This document shows positions 49,286 through 59,333 of a stretch of 64,000 nucleotides of DNA, in pieces (within the stretch, counting starts at the first letter, position 1; every line of letters begins with the position of its first letter). Both the position numbers and the translations under genes were made by a program. The notes below the pieces were generated by a model, which saw only the letters and a list, made by a program, of their open reading frames with translations, was not told the DNA's origin and did not search any database. The stretch covers positions 526,176 to 590,175 of the forward strand of contig OZ025682.1 in the NCBI GenBank assembly GCA_964019335.1. Reading direction: 5' to 3'. The stretch comes from Diplonema japonicum (Eukaryota > Protista > Euglenozoa: Diplonemea).

Positions 49286-49355
49286 CAACGTTCCGCTCGC
49301 TGCTGATGTATTCTAAGAAGGACGCGTGACCGCGACATCACTCACAACAGGGAAG

Positions 49356-50734
49356 ATGGATGGGACTGAGGGGCTCACTGACAGGCAGAAGATCCTGCTC
49401 GGGAAGGGAGGAAGCCAGACCCACACGCAGAGTCCAGAGAGCGTTGCATTTGCGAAAGTAGTTGGGCATAATCCGAAGAAGATAGCGATTGGAGTAGCTA
49501 AGCTGTTGATGAAGCAAGGAAAAGAACGAGAAGCGGTGGACGGGATGATACGGCACATCGAGTTTCTGAAGGAGAAGGGCGTGACGCCAGGGCAGCAGGA
49601 GCACAGCAGAAATCATCTTCGAATGTGCTGGAGCATCATCGACACTATGGTGTGCTTCCTGGGGGGGAACTATCCGGTGTTTTTCGCAGTTCATATTGTT
49701 TCACTGGTGGAAAACTACAGTAAAGATATGGACGAGGCCTTCATGTGCGAGATCATCGGAAAGTGGAAGATGATCTTCCCCCCTGATGTCGTGTCCGGCA
49801 TCTATGGCGTGTACCCCGAGGCCTATTGCGCGGGCATGGAGGTCCTGATGGAGGAGTACAACAATACCGCTCTTCCGAAGATTAAAAAGCGCAAACGCAC
49901 CGACCCCTCCCTTTCGTATGGAGAAGCGGAGTTGGAAAGTGAAAACTACGAACAGGCTCTTTCCTATTTCAGAACGTACAGCAGCATCCTCGACTTGTAT
50001 GGAATGTCAGCTACCCCAGCGCTTCTCATATCTAGGTGCACGGCTTTAATAGAACTAGGTGAATACGGACCGGCCATGAACGATGCGCAAGAGCTGGTGT
50101 TCACAAACAATTCGTGGGAAGGGTGGGAGCTCAAGGGGCGCATCTTCCATGAACTCAACGATGTTAAGCAGGCTATCTATTGTATGAAAACGGCGCTAGC
50201 GAAACCTCTTCCGCCCGCAGACACTGATAGACTTAAGCAACGAGTGGACGCTCTAAACCTTGAAGGCCTCATCAAAAGCAGCCCCCCCGAGCTGTTGTAT
50301 CTCCTCCGTACGAAAGCCTCTAACGCCTTCGTCAACCGCAGCTACCACCTCGCCTTGTTTATCTACAAGAAGCTCTTGAGTTTAGACAAGGAAAACCACC
50401 TACTGCATCTTAGTAATCACACAGCTTGCCTCATTCACTTGAAGAAAAATAAGGCGGGGCTACAGCAGGCAGAGCAAGTCGCTTCACAACTCCCAACATG
50501 GCACAAGGGATGGGAGCGGAAGGGCAAGGCACTATTGGGACTGGGCAAGACATCAGAAGCAAAGGTATGTGCATTGAAACGCAAGCCCGTTAACCCCGCT
50601 GACCCTTGGGCCATGGGAAAACGGAAACGTGTTGTCGGACCCCTTAAATCCCCCTACCACAGGATGCTCTGGAGAAAGCGTTATCATTGCAACCTTGGAA
50701 CGAAGATCTTAAGGAACTTGTGGGCAGTCTTTAA
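49356..50734 (+). CDS. CID (Pcf11-like)-type N-terminal domain + TPR repeats; intron 50565-50662
   Basis: SIIDTMV..LGGNY..FF...KWKMIFP is CID-like, followed by TPRs. Splicing completes the last TPR (DALEKALSLQPWNEDL) and gives a stop at 50734. Confidence 0.7.
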
Positions 50735-50774
50735 AAGAAAACAGCCTTTTGCATTATTAGCATTCATCATAGGA

Positions 50775-52075
50775 ATGGACATGGGAATTGGTGCGAAACG
50801 AAAAAGGGTGGTGCCTTGCATTGCTGCAATTATATTGGTATTCGTTTTGGTGCAGATCAGCAAGACTTTGGTGCCCACGTATGATTCTGACAAGTACGTT
50901 TTTACTGGTGACGCGAGAATGAAGTGGGAGAAGGCAAGGATTTGGAAATGGCAGCGGGAGATGGGCTGGGTGGTAGGAGCGAATTACGTTCCAGCCACTG
51001 CAATTAACCAGCTGGAGATGTTTCAAGAAGCGACGTGGGACCCGAAGAGAATACGTTTTGAATTGCAGCTTGCCAGCAAGTCTGGCATGAACTGCATGCG
51101 TGTGTTTCTCCATGACCTACTCTTCGAGTCTGACAAGGAAGGCCTGTTCAAAAGGATGAACGAATTCTTATCCATAGCTTCTTTTTTTGACATCAAAATC
51201 CTCTTTGTCCTCTTCGACGCATGCTGGAGGGGAGCTGCCAAGCTCGGTCCTCAGCCCGAGCCGATCCCTTTCACTCATAACAGTGGGTGGCTGCAAAGTC
51301 CGACCCACGCCACCCTTCGGGATGAGAGCAAGTGGGACAAACTCCAAGACTACGTAACGTCTGTGTTGCAAAGATTTAAGGATGACTCCAGAATAGTAGG
51401 ATGGGACCTTTATAACGAGCCCTCGAACTTCGACTTAGATTTCCAACTTATTTCAAAGAAGTTGAATGTTGAGGAGGGCGCCCCTGACGCAAGACACTTC
51501 AGCAAAACAGACAAGCAGACACAAGTTTTGAAGCTTTTGCAGCTCACCTTTCAGTGGGCCCGGGCTGTTGGACCATCCCAGCCCCTCACAACGGCAATAT
51601 GGGGCACTATGACTCCCGACGACATGGATAAGGACTCCCTCAACGCAAAGTTCACGGAGGTGCAGCTCACGAACTCTGATGTGATATCGTTTCACAGCTA
51701 CAGTTCACCTGCAGACATGCAAGTCCTGATTGACAGCCTGCGGAAATTCGACAGACCCATCATGTGCACAGAGTACCTTGCCCGTGGCTATCACTCTACC
51801 ATCTTGGGGAATCTACCTGTGCTTCATAGACAGGGTATCAGCGCTTTCAACTGGGGGCTGTTTGATGGGAAGACCCAGACAGTGGTATGCAACTCAACTT
51901 CATTCACCCACCACAGTATCCGTGGAGCTCTTGGTACAAAACCTTCTCAGAAAAGCCATCTGTCTGGCACCATGATGTATTCAACACAGACGGGATCCCC
52001 TTCAACGCTTCAGAGACTGATCTCATCTTGAAGTTTTCAAAAAAATCCAATAATAAATTATTATACCAGTTCTAA
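50775..52075 (+). CDS. Membrane-anchored/secreted glycoside hydrolase family 5 (bacterial-like, GH5_13-like); intron 51885-51916
   Basis: GANYVPATAINQLEMFQ, MRVFLHD, HNSGWLQSP, WDLYNEP (acid/base), CTEYLAR (nucleophile) and NWGLFDGKTQTVYPWSSW. Confidence 0.85.
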
Positions 52076-52326
52076 CCTTTCTCCCTCATTGTCAAGATGA
52101 AGTGTCCTCCGTGATTTTGTTTGTTGCAACTAGAGCAAGTCAGAAATCGTGGGGTATGGCCGAAGGTTCTGACCATAACTAGCCTGCTGCAATATACCAA
52201 GTGTGATACAGGATTGCACTTGTGGCATGGGCATGTGGGTTGGACCTCGTACGTAGTTGCTGAGCATTCATCAGCTATGTATTATTTTGGTTAGTTCGTT
52301 GCTTACTTCTATGCACCCAGGTATAG

Positions 52327-52938
52327 ATGGAGCTCACATTGGATGGAATGAGAGATGTAGTGACAGACATGAAGAGCGCAAACATGGAGCTGGAGATGAT
52401 GATCGATGACTCGATCGAGGTTGGCGAGCAACAGGACTTCACTGACATACTGAACGAGCAGCTGAGGAACACGTCGCTTAAGAACACGAGCAATTTGCAC
52501 ACGAAGATGCAGTCGAAAGCCTTTGTAGGCCGCAGAATAGTTCTTGACAGTGGGAGCGAGGAAAGTGAACCAGAGTTGATTGAGAGTGCAGCACGTCACC
52601 AGCCTACTAATATTGGTGCATTGTGCGCGAGGCTCTCTCAGAATCAGACTCCTGAAGTGCTCAACGAATTAAACACTAAGCGCCTCACCTGCACACGAAG
52701 GCTTCCCAGGCTGCCCTCTTCATTTTCACCCGAACTCCAGGTTCTCACCGATAAGGTGAACTACCCAAATTTGCTGAAGACACAACAGGAGATGGCGACA
52801 AAACGCGTTGAGTCAGACAATGTGTACCGGGAGCTCATGAGAAAGCTGTATCTTTACCAGAACCGCCTGCTCCACAATCTGCCAGAACAGAAATTGTTCA
52901 AGGCGCTTGACTCACCTAAGCGTGCGATAGTACGGTAG
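52327..52938 (+). CDS. Hypothetical protein
   Basis: 203-codon ORF on the cluster strand, ATG directly after an AG; no recognised domain. Confidence 0.55.
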   Translation: MELTLDGMRDVVTDMKSANMELEMMIDDSIEVGEQQDFTDILNEQLRNTSLKNTSNLHTKMQSKAFVGRRIVLDSGSEESEPELIESAARHQPTNIGALCARLSQNQTPEVLNELNTKRLTCTRRLPRLPSSFSPELQVLTDKVNYPNLLKTQQEMATKRVESDNVYRELMRKLYLYQNRLLHNLPEQKLFKALDSPKRAIVR

Positions 52939-53045
52939 TATGGTTAGTGGTGACATCTTTCTAGACAGTCATGATGTAGTTTAGATAAGTTACAGTTTTC
53001 TTTATACAGCAATGTTTAGGGTGAAGTCTTTTTCAGGTGACAAGT

Positions 53046-54395
53046 ATGGAAAATGATGACGACGGGAAACTAAGCAGTTTAGAGCAGCTTTTCAGGAGGG
53101 CCATCGAACAGAAGGGAAACACACCAAAGCAATGTCTTGCCAGTGACAGGCTCAACCACGGTTTGCAAGTGTCCGACGATAGCCTGACTGTGACACACTC
53201 CCTGTCAGGTGCCAATGTGGCGGGTGACGCATCGCTGCAGACACAGTGGCCGCTGTCTCTGACGTGTGGTGTCGGGTACTATGAAGTAGTGGTGCACCAC
53301 TGTGGTGTGATAGTCGTAGGTTTAGCCAACCAAGGGTACCCGAATGTGAAGCAACCAGGGTCAAAGAAGCACTCTTGCGGTTATAAATCAGACGATGGAC
53401 AACGTTTTATCAACAATGGTGAGGGTACCTCTTACGGCCCAACCTATACTTCTGGAGATGTTGTGGGGTGCGGTTTCTGCAGCAGAACACGTGATGTGTG
53501 GTTCACAAAGAATGGGGAGCACCTGGGTGTGGCATTCAAGTTCCCAACCCCCGACATCGTTATCGACCACATCTTCCCTACTGTAGGGGTTGAACATGCC
53601 TCAGTATCGGTGAACTTTGAACTCAAATCCATGAAATGGTCTCCACAAGAAGTCATCGCGGAAGAGCGTGCCATGGCTTTGGAAAAGGTGCGCACTATGG
53701 AGCTGCCTACAAAAGACAAGGTATTTCATGTCCTTCACAACGAACACACCACAGACGGCAGATATCGTGGCGTCGTACCTGCTGCACTATGGTTACCATG
53801 ACACGCTGAAGAAGGTGATGGAGATTAATCCAACAGACACGAAGCTGCTGCTACGGAGGAACGATGGCGAAAGACAAGAAGAATGTCAAATAAAATCTAG
53901 CAAGCTTGTCGAGAGAAATACAGTGATACAAAAAATAATGAATGGAGACATCGTGGGTGTCATGGAGTATATAGAGAAGGTTTTCCCGGGGCTGAAGTGG
54001 GACGTATGGCCGTCGCTACTTAGCCAGCTGATTGTCGAGCACATCAAGAATGACACTTTAGAAGAGGCCATCAACGTCACTGCGAGGACTGAGTGCAACA
54101 CAGCTTCGGGTGAACCACATCCTTTAATTTCTGAAGTGCTTGGGCTTCTTGCATACAATGACCCAAGATCTTCGCCTCTTGCCTACCTCTTAGATCAATC
54201 GCAACGCAGAAGAGTTGCCGATCATGTCAACTCCGTTATCCTTTCGTCTTTACAGGTATCCATCTTTTCTTTTTTTTTTTTCCTACTTGCAAACCACAGT
54301 TCCATCCCGAGTCCATTCTTGAATCCTTGCTGAAGCACATTATGGTAATGCCCATCTTGGCTAAGGAGTGCTTTTACCCCATCTCCCTAACTTAG
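53046..54395 (+). CDS. RanBP9/10-like SPRY-LisH-CTLH-CRA protein (GID/CTLH ligase subunit); introns 53721-53754, 54256-54299
   Basis: GYYEV, CGYKSDDG, YGPTYTSGDVVGCG, FTKNGEHLGVAF; LisH VASYLLHYGYHDT; CRA GLLAYNDPRSSPLAYLLD. Confidence 0.85.
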
Positions 54396-54496
54396 AAGTG
54401 CTAACTTGTTCCATACTAAAAAAGTGTTTTTACACCCAGAAAACATTTTTTTTTAATTGATTGCTCCGCCCTGCACCTTTATACAGGCAAACAAAG

Positions 54497-55189
54497 ATGG
54501 CGGCCGTGGAAGCAACTCAAGGGGGGATGGTGTTGTGTAATGTCGGCGAGGACATCACAATCGGTACAAGGGACCTTGTGGTGTGCATTGGGCTTGTTGT
54601 TGTAGGAGACAAGAAGGTGGGAGTTGCGCAGATTGAGGACACGTTGAACATGGAAAGCATTAAGAAGGCCGTGGTGGGGGAGGAAGGCATTGTGGAGAAG
54701 GTGTTTGTGTGCAAGAGTGCTAGCAAGGAGAATGATGTGACTTTCATGCAGGACCAGATTATCAGGCATGTTCAAAAAACATTCGAGGGCGTTTCCACAA
54801 CTGTTGAGGTGGAGGACTGTTGCTTCGTGAATGGGAAGAGCCCACACACAATCCTTAAGAAACCCCCCACTGTGGAAATTGCCGTTGCGTCTCCCGAGAG
54901 GCAGGTCTGTCACTACTGGATGTCCATCATCCAGGGTGTCCACGAGGGCGATGACTACGAGCTTCTCGACATCGACGTGCAGTACGAAGGCATGAAAGAG
55001 ATCCCGTACATTATACAGTTCGATGAGGTGAAGGAGAGTATTGTGGACGGCACCTTCAAGGATTTTGCCTTGGAGTCACTGGAACAAGTTTTCCTGACGG
55101 AAGGTGTCGAGCCGGAGATTGCTAAAGAAGAATGGGACATTAAACTAGGCAGTGAAGCGTTTGCATTCTTGAAAAAATCATTGAAATAA
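54497..55189 (+). CDS. Hypothetical protein with weak CheD/NTAN1-like deamidase-fold resemblance
   Basis: IGTRDLVVCIGLVV...VGVAQIE resembles LGTxDxxTCxxxV...xAHxD, but with Q in place of H. Confidence 0.5.
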   Translation: MAAVEATQGGMVLCNVGEDITIGTRDLVVCIGLVVVGDKKVGVAQIEDTLNMESIKKAVVGEEGIVEKVFVCKSASKENDVTFMQDQIIRHVQKTFEGVSTTVEVEDCCFVNGKSPHTILKKPPTVEIAVASPERQVCHYWMSIIQGVHEGDDYELLDIDVQYEGMKEIPYIIQFDEVKESIVDGTFKDFALESLEQVFLTEGVEPEIAKEEWDIKLGSEAFAFLKKSLK

Positions 55190-55342
55190 GTTCCAGTCTA
55201 GAAGTCTGAATCATCCCCCCCCCCTCTTTTTTTATTCGCACTGGTGGGATGTGCCAACACTCCTCCATCGTAGTGAGTCTTTAGTTCTTTTCCAATGTTT
55301 CCTACTTTTCCAATCATGTTGTTCAGAACATACACGTTACAC

Positions 55343-56814
55343 ATGTCTCTCAAGTTACTCTCTGCCGTCGCTCTGCTCTGCTTTCTGCAGCCATGTGAGG
55401 GCAAAGGGGCAGGATACCGGTCATACAAGTCTGGATACTACAGCAGGTCAAGGTTCTACGGCTATGGTGGAATCTACCTATGGGGTGGTGGCTACAGAGG
55501 CTCGAGGTCTACATCAAGGTCTTCCACAAACCCCAAGGCCTTGGGGATCACGGACAAGGATGTATTTTGCAAGAGGGATGTGCGTCTGGACCACCTATCG
55601 TACACTACGCCTCAAAAAGTTACAATCAACTCCACGAGGCACTGCTACCAGCAGGTAACCCCCACGCACGGGTCGCCTTACAATGTGGACATCAACGCTA
55701 GCTGGATGGACGTTTACCAGTGGGAACTCGCTGCCGGCACGGGTGTGATCCCCAGTGTCTCCATGTTACAATACGATGACAAGGACATTAAAACTCCGAA
55801 CAGCAACTCTCCTTTGAAGGTGTTAGTCACAAAGTATGCTGCTACCCAATTTGATAATTGTTCTGTCTTGTTTAAATTTTCCACAGAATCAAAGAAGAGA
55901 ACACAACCCATAGTATTGATCTCAGCACCCTGACGTGGCAGGCGACAAGACAGGCCCCGGTGGGGAAGCCTATCTGGGGGTATCCTTTTGCATACGCGAA
56001 GGACGAGGCAAAGATGATGACGTTTTCAACACGCGGTGTGAGTAGCTCGGGAGACATTGACGTAGTGTTAACCTTTACGGCAGCTGGCGACTTTGCAGAA
56101 GACGCGTATGATGATCACACTTTCATCAGGCCGTCAGGCCTGCGTGTGGACATGACAGTCACCAAATTTCCGTTCCAGGGGTATGTTTAGTTTGCTTTCC
56201 ATTTAGGCTCCATCACAGCGTGAAAAATAGCATAGGTGTCGAATTCATCATTGTCAGTGCAAAGAACAGGCACTCTGTTGGCACACCAATTTCTACGAAG
56301 TTCGGGACGGAGTATGACCCACGTGCCATGAACCGTGTTGAGATCGGGTCGCCCTTGGATGCGGAGAAGCGTGGGAGGCACTTCTTTTCATGGAAGGGGA
56401 CGACCAACCTGAGAAGCATGTGTGCTTCAAAGTTGAGCCCTAATTGTGCACACTTGGACAGCAGTCTCACTGGTTGCAAGGAGGTTGTGACTGTAGCAGG
56501 GCTGTGCCCCATCTGTGCAAACAAAGGTTCACCTGAGTGCCAGGCTTTGGATGTGCCACAAAATGGCACCGCCAGCAGAATGACGGTGTGGTCACTTAAC
56601 TCCAACTCGAGGTATGTCGCTCAGTCGATAGTTCACACTTATCAGGCTTTACGAAAATACTACTTCGCCTTTTTCCAAAACCAATTACCTGTCCTGGGCT
56701 TTTACAGTAGGAACGTGGGACAGCGCAGAGCATATTGCACCAACAGAAGGAGCGTTCCTTGCCATGCCATCGCTCTACCTTCTGTTGGGAAGTGTGTTGA
56801 TTATATTGTGCTAG
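55343..56814 (+). CDS. Secreted, probably GPI-anchored protein; introns 55913-55941, 56181-56218, 56612-56645
   Basis: Signal peptide and a G/Y/R/S-rich segment. Three short introns join ORFs 55295, 55960 and 56220. Hydrophobic C-terminus PSLYLLLGSVLIILC*. Confidence 0.7.
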
Positions 56815-57672
56815 CCGCATCAACTGTACAATACCGCCTACTGCTATCTCCTTGACAATAACTGGTGTTTTTTATTTTCTCTTACAGTGCTCTTGTTTTC
56901 AGTCGGGCCGCAGCAAGATCGCGTTCTGCCCCGAACGTGATAACAAGACTACGCATGTACCTTCATGCTTTTCTCCCACTGCACTTTCAGTTCTTCCCCC
57001 CTTTGTTCTTTTCTCTCTTTAACAACGCAAGGGTAAGCACTTGTTCACAGTATTCGAAGTTCTTTTTTTACTCTTTTTTTACACAAAACATGTTCAGGCA
57101 ATGAAGAGCTTGGGTTGAGGCCTGCAGTTTTCAGTGGACAGAGCTGAATAAACAGGAACGAGCCTTGCTAAATCCTGTTGAACATCTCTTGGTTCTCCGT
57201 TAGCTTCGCGGTGGATGAAGATGAAGAGGAAAGCGCTGGAGCGAGTTTGTTGTTCGCAGACCTGGCAGCATGAAACTTGAAGTGGTGATGAAGCAGACGG
57301 CCATCAAGGCCTGTGTGAGCGTTAGGGCCCTGTCCATTTCCATTCGCGAGATAACAAGAACCAGATCTACTGGCTGTCCCCGCCGAGGGACACTGGCTGC
57401 TTCCGTGAGTACTCCAGCAGGTGCTTCCTGTGTATGCGTACAGCAATAACACCCGGACTTGTCCACAACGGGTACAAGTACGCAGCAAGATGCGGTGCTA
57501 GAGGGTTTCTGGTTTTGCTGTTTCTTGGCTTTTTCTTTCTTTCTTCAGTCGTCCCTGAGGTCTGTCGAGATCTTCGCCCGCAAACAGGGGATGCTGTATT
57601 TAGCCTCTTTTTACTGTTTTAGAGAGAGATACAACAAACGGCAACACACAACAAAGACAATAAACGCACACA

Positions 57673-57723
<51 letters not shown>

Positions 57724-57726
<3 letters not shown>

Positions 57727-58725
57727 CAATCAGCCTTTTTTCTTGCGATTGGTGTGTCCCTTGCTGCGGCTGCTGGGAGTCCCTTCACGAACCCCGTGTT
57801 CTACACAAGTGCGGACTGCACCGGGGTTGTGGACCCAAAGGCGGCCCTGTGGAGCTACGCCGCGAAGGACACAGTCGCGGTGAAACCGTTCGCGACGGAG
57901 GGGGCAGAGCTGAGCGGGCTCACGATCGACGCGTGCCTGACGGACAGCACTGTGTCGTACTCTGTGATGCTGAAGATCGACGACACAGCGTGCCCCGCGA
58001 AGGGAGCGGAAGCCTTGCAGCTGTCATACTGGAAGGACTCGAAGACGTGCGAGGGGACGGCGGTGGTCAAGACACTGAAAGCGGACACGTGCGTAGTGAC
58101 AGCCCTTGGGTCAGCGAAGTTCAACCCGTCGCTGACAGCGGCAGAACAGTGCATTGTGACGAACTACCTGCTAGCGATGAAGAAGGGCGGGGTGAAGACG
58201 CGCAGCTGGACGGGGAGCAAGTGCTCTGGCACGGAGAAGGCAAGCACGACGGAGTCCCTGAGCCAGAAGGCATGCGGGGCGGAGCCAGAGTGCAGTGGGT
58301 GCTGCCAGTCGTACGACGCGAAGTGTAAGGTCGTCACCAGCCCTAGCCGCATGAGCTCGCAGGCCGCATGCAACAAAGTGGCAAGCGGTTGGGTGGCTTC
58401 CCTCGTGGAGAGCGACTTCAGCGACGCGAAGTGCATCATTCAGGACAACAAGACTCCCGCCTCCAGGCTTGTGAAGAACGTTGGGTCGTGCAACACAGGC
58501 ACCCTGAATGGCGCAACCCTCTCCCTGCAGGCGGACCTCGTGGCGCCCCTCACCCTCGACATCCACTGCCAGTACGTGCAACTGAACGCCAACAAGAGTG
58601 TCAGCGGCTACCTCACCTGGGAGGAGTTCAACAAGGAGTACAAGGAGAACGCGTCTTCCCCTGCAGCCCACCCTGCCTCCGCCCTCCTCATCACCCTCCT
58701 GGTGGCTGTTGTCTTGTTGTTTTAG
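57724..58725 (+). CDS. Cys-rich surface protein with signal peptide and GPI-anchor signal
   Basis: Starts MQSAFFLAIGVSLAAAA, has many Cys, and ends NASSPAAHPASALLITLLVAVVLLF*. Confidence 0.8.
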
Positions 58726-59333
58726 ATGATTCCTAAAACACGCGACAAAAAGAACGTGCTAGGAAGGAAAATATAACTGCTGATTGTTTGTGCAAACCGT
58801 ATCCCTACTGTAGGTGAAACGGGCAAGCTGCTTTTACTCTTTTTTGCACTAATGCAAAGTTTGCTTGTTCCAGAAAAAATAAAAAAATAAAAAATAAGAA
58901 ATGGTGCCTGTGCCTGCGACAAATTGTCTCTCATGTCGCCATGACTGGCTGCCCTTACTTAATCTATCTTTCTCTCTATTTTATATTGTTTTTCATTCCC
59001 CTCTTTTTTTTTTTTTTTTTTTTTTTCCTTTTTTCACCTCGAAAATAAACTGTGAACAATTCGAAATTACCTGAACACCTAATACAATTCCCTTTCTCTT
59101 TCCTTTCTCCTCCATTTTGCTCTTTATTCAATGCTTATAAAAATGAAATCTAAAAAAAAAGTTTTTTTTGAATACTTAGCAAATGTACCCACAGGTTAAA
59201 GAGATAAAAAAAGAGAAGTAATTCCAATGACACGGATCGGGAAGCTAATGCGAAAGAGGCTACGGTGTGACGTGACACAGAACAGCAGCCCAAACGAACA
59301 TTTCGATCAACTGAGCGTGTGCGACTTGTCTAG

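Noticed and set aside
49326-52031. 901-aa TPR-GH5 fusion protein in the ORF track
   Set aside because: A GT-AG intron at 50565-50662 completes the TPR and gives a stop at 50734. GH5 has its own AG+ATG (50775) and signal anchor, so two genes is the better model.
56860-57600. Coding-like composition between two GPI-protein genes
   Set aside because: Every + strand frame is interrupted by stops and no splice model or motif could be supported. It may be a decayed gene or a UTR.
2-58725. Alternative genetic code or non-canonical (Euglena-type) introns
   Set aside because: TAA, TAG and TGA all serve as stops at sensible gene ends, and every frame break in the cellular genes is resolved by a GT-AG intron.
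59227-59333. CDVTQ as the upstream DVT motif of the RLE domain in another frame
   Set aside because: No preceding RPAD-like motif or zinc knuckle is present; too weak to extend the element boundary.
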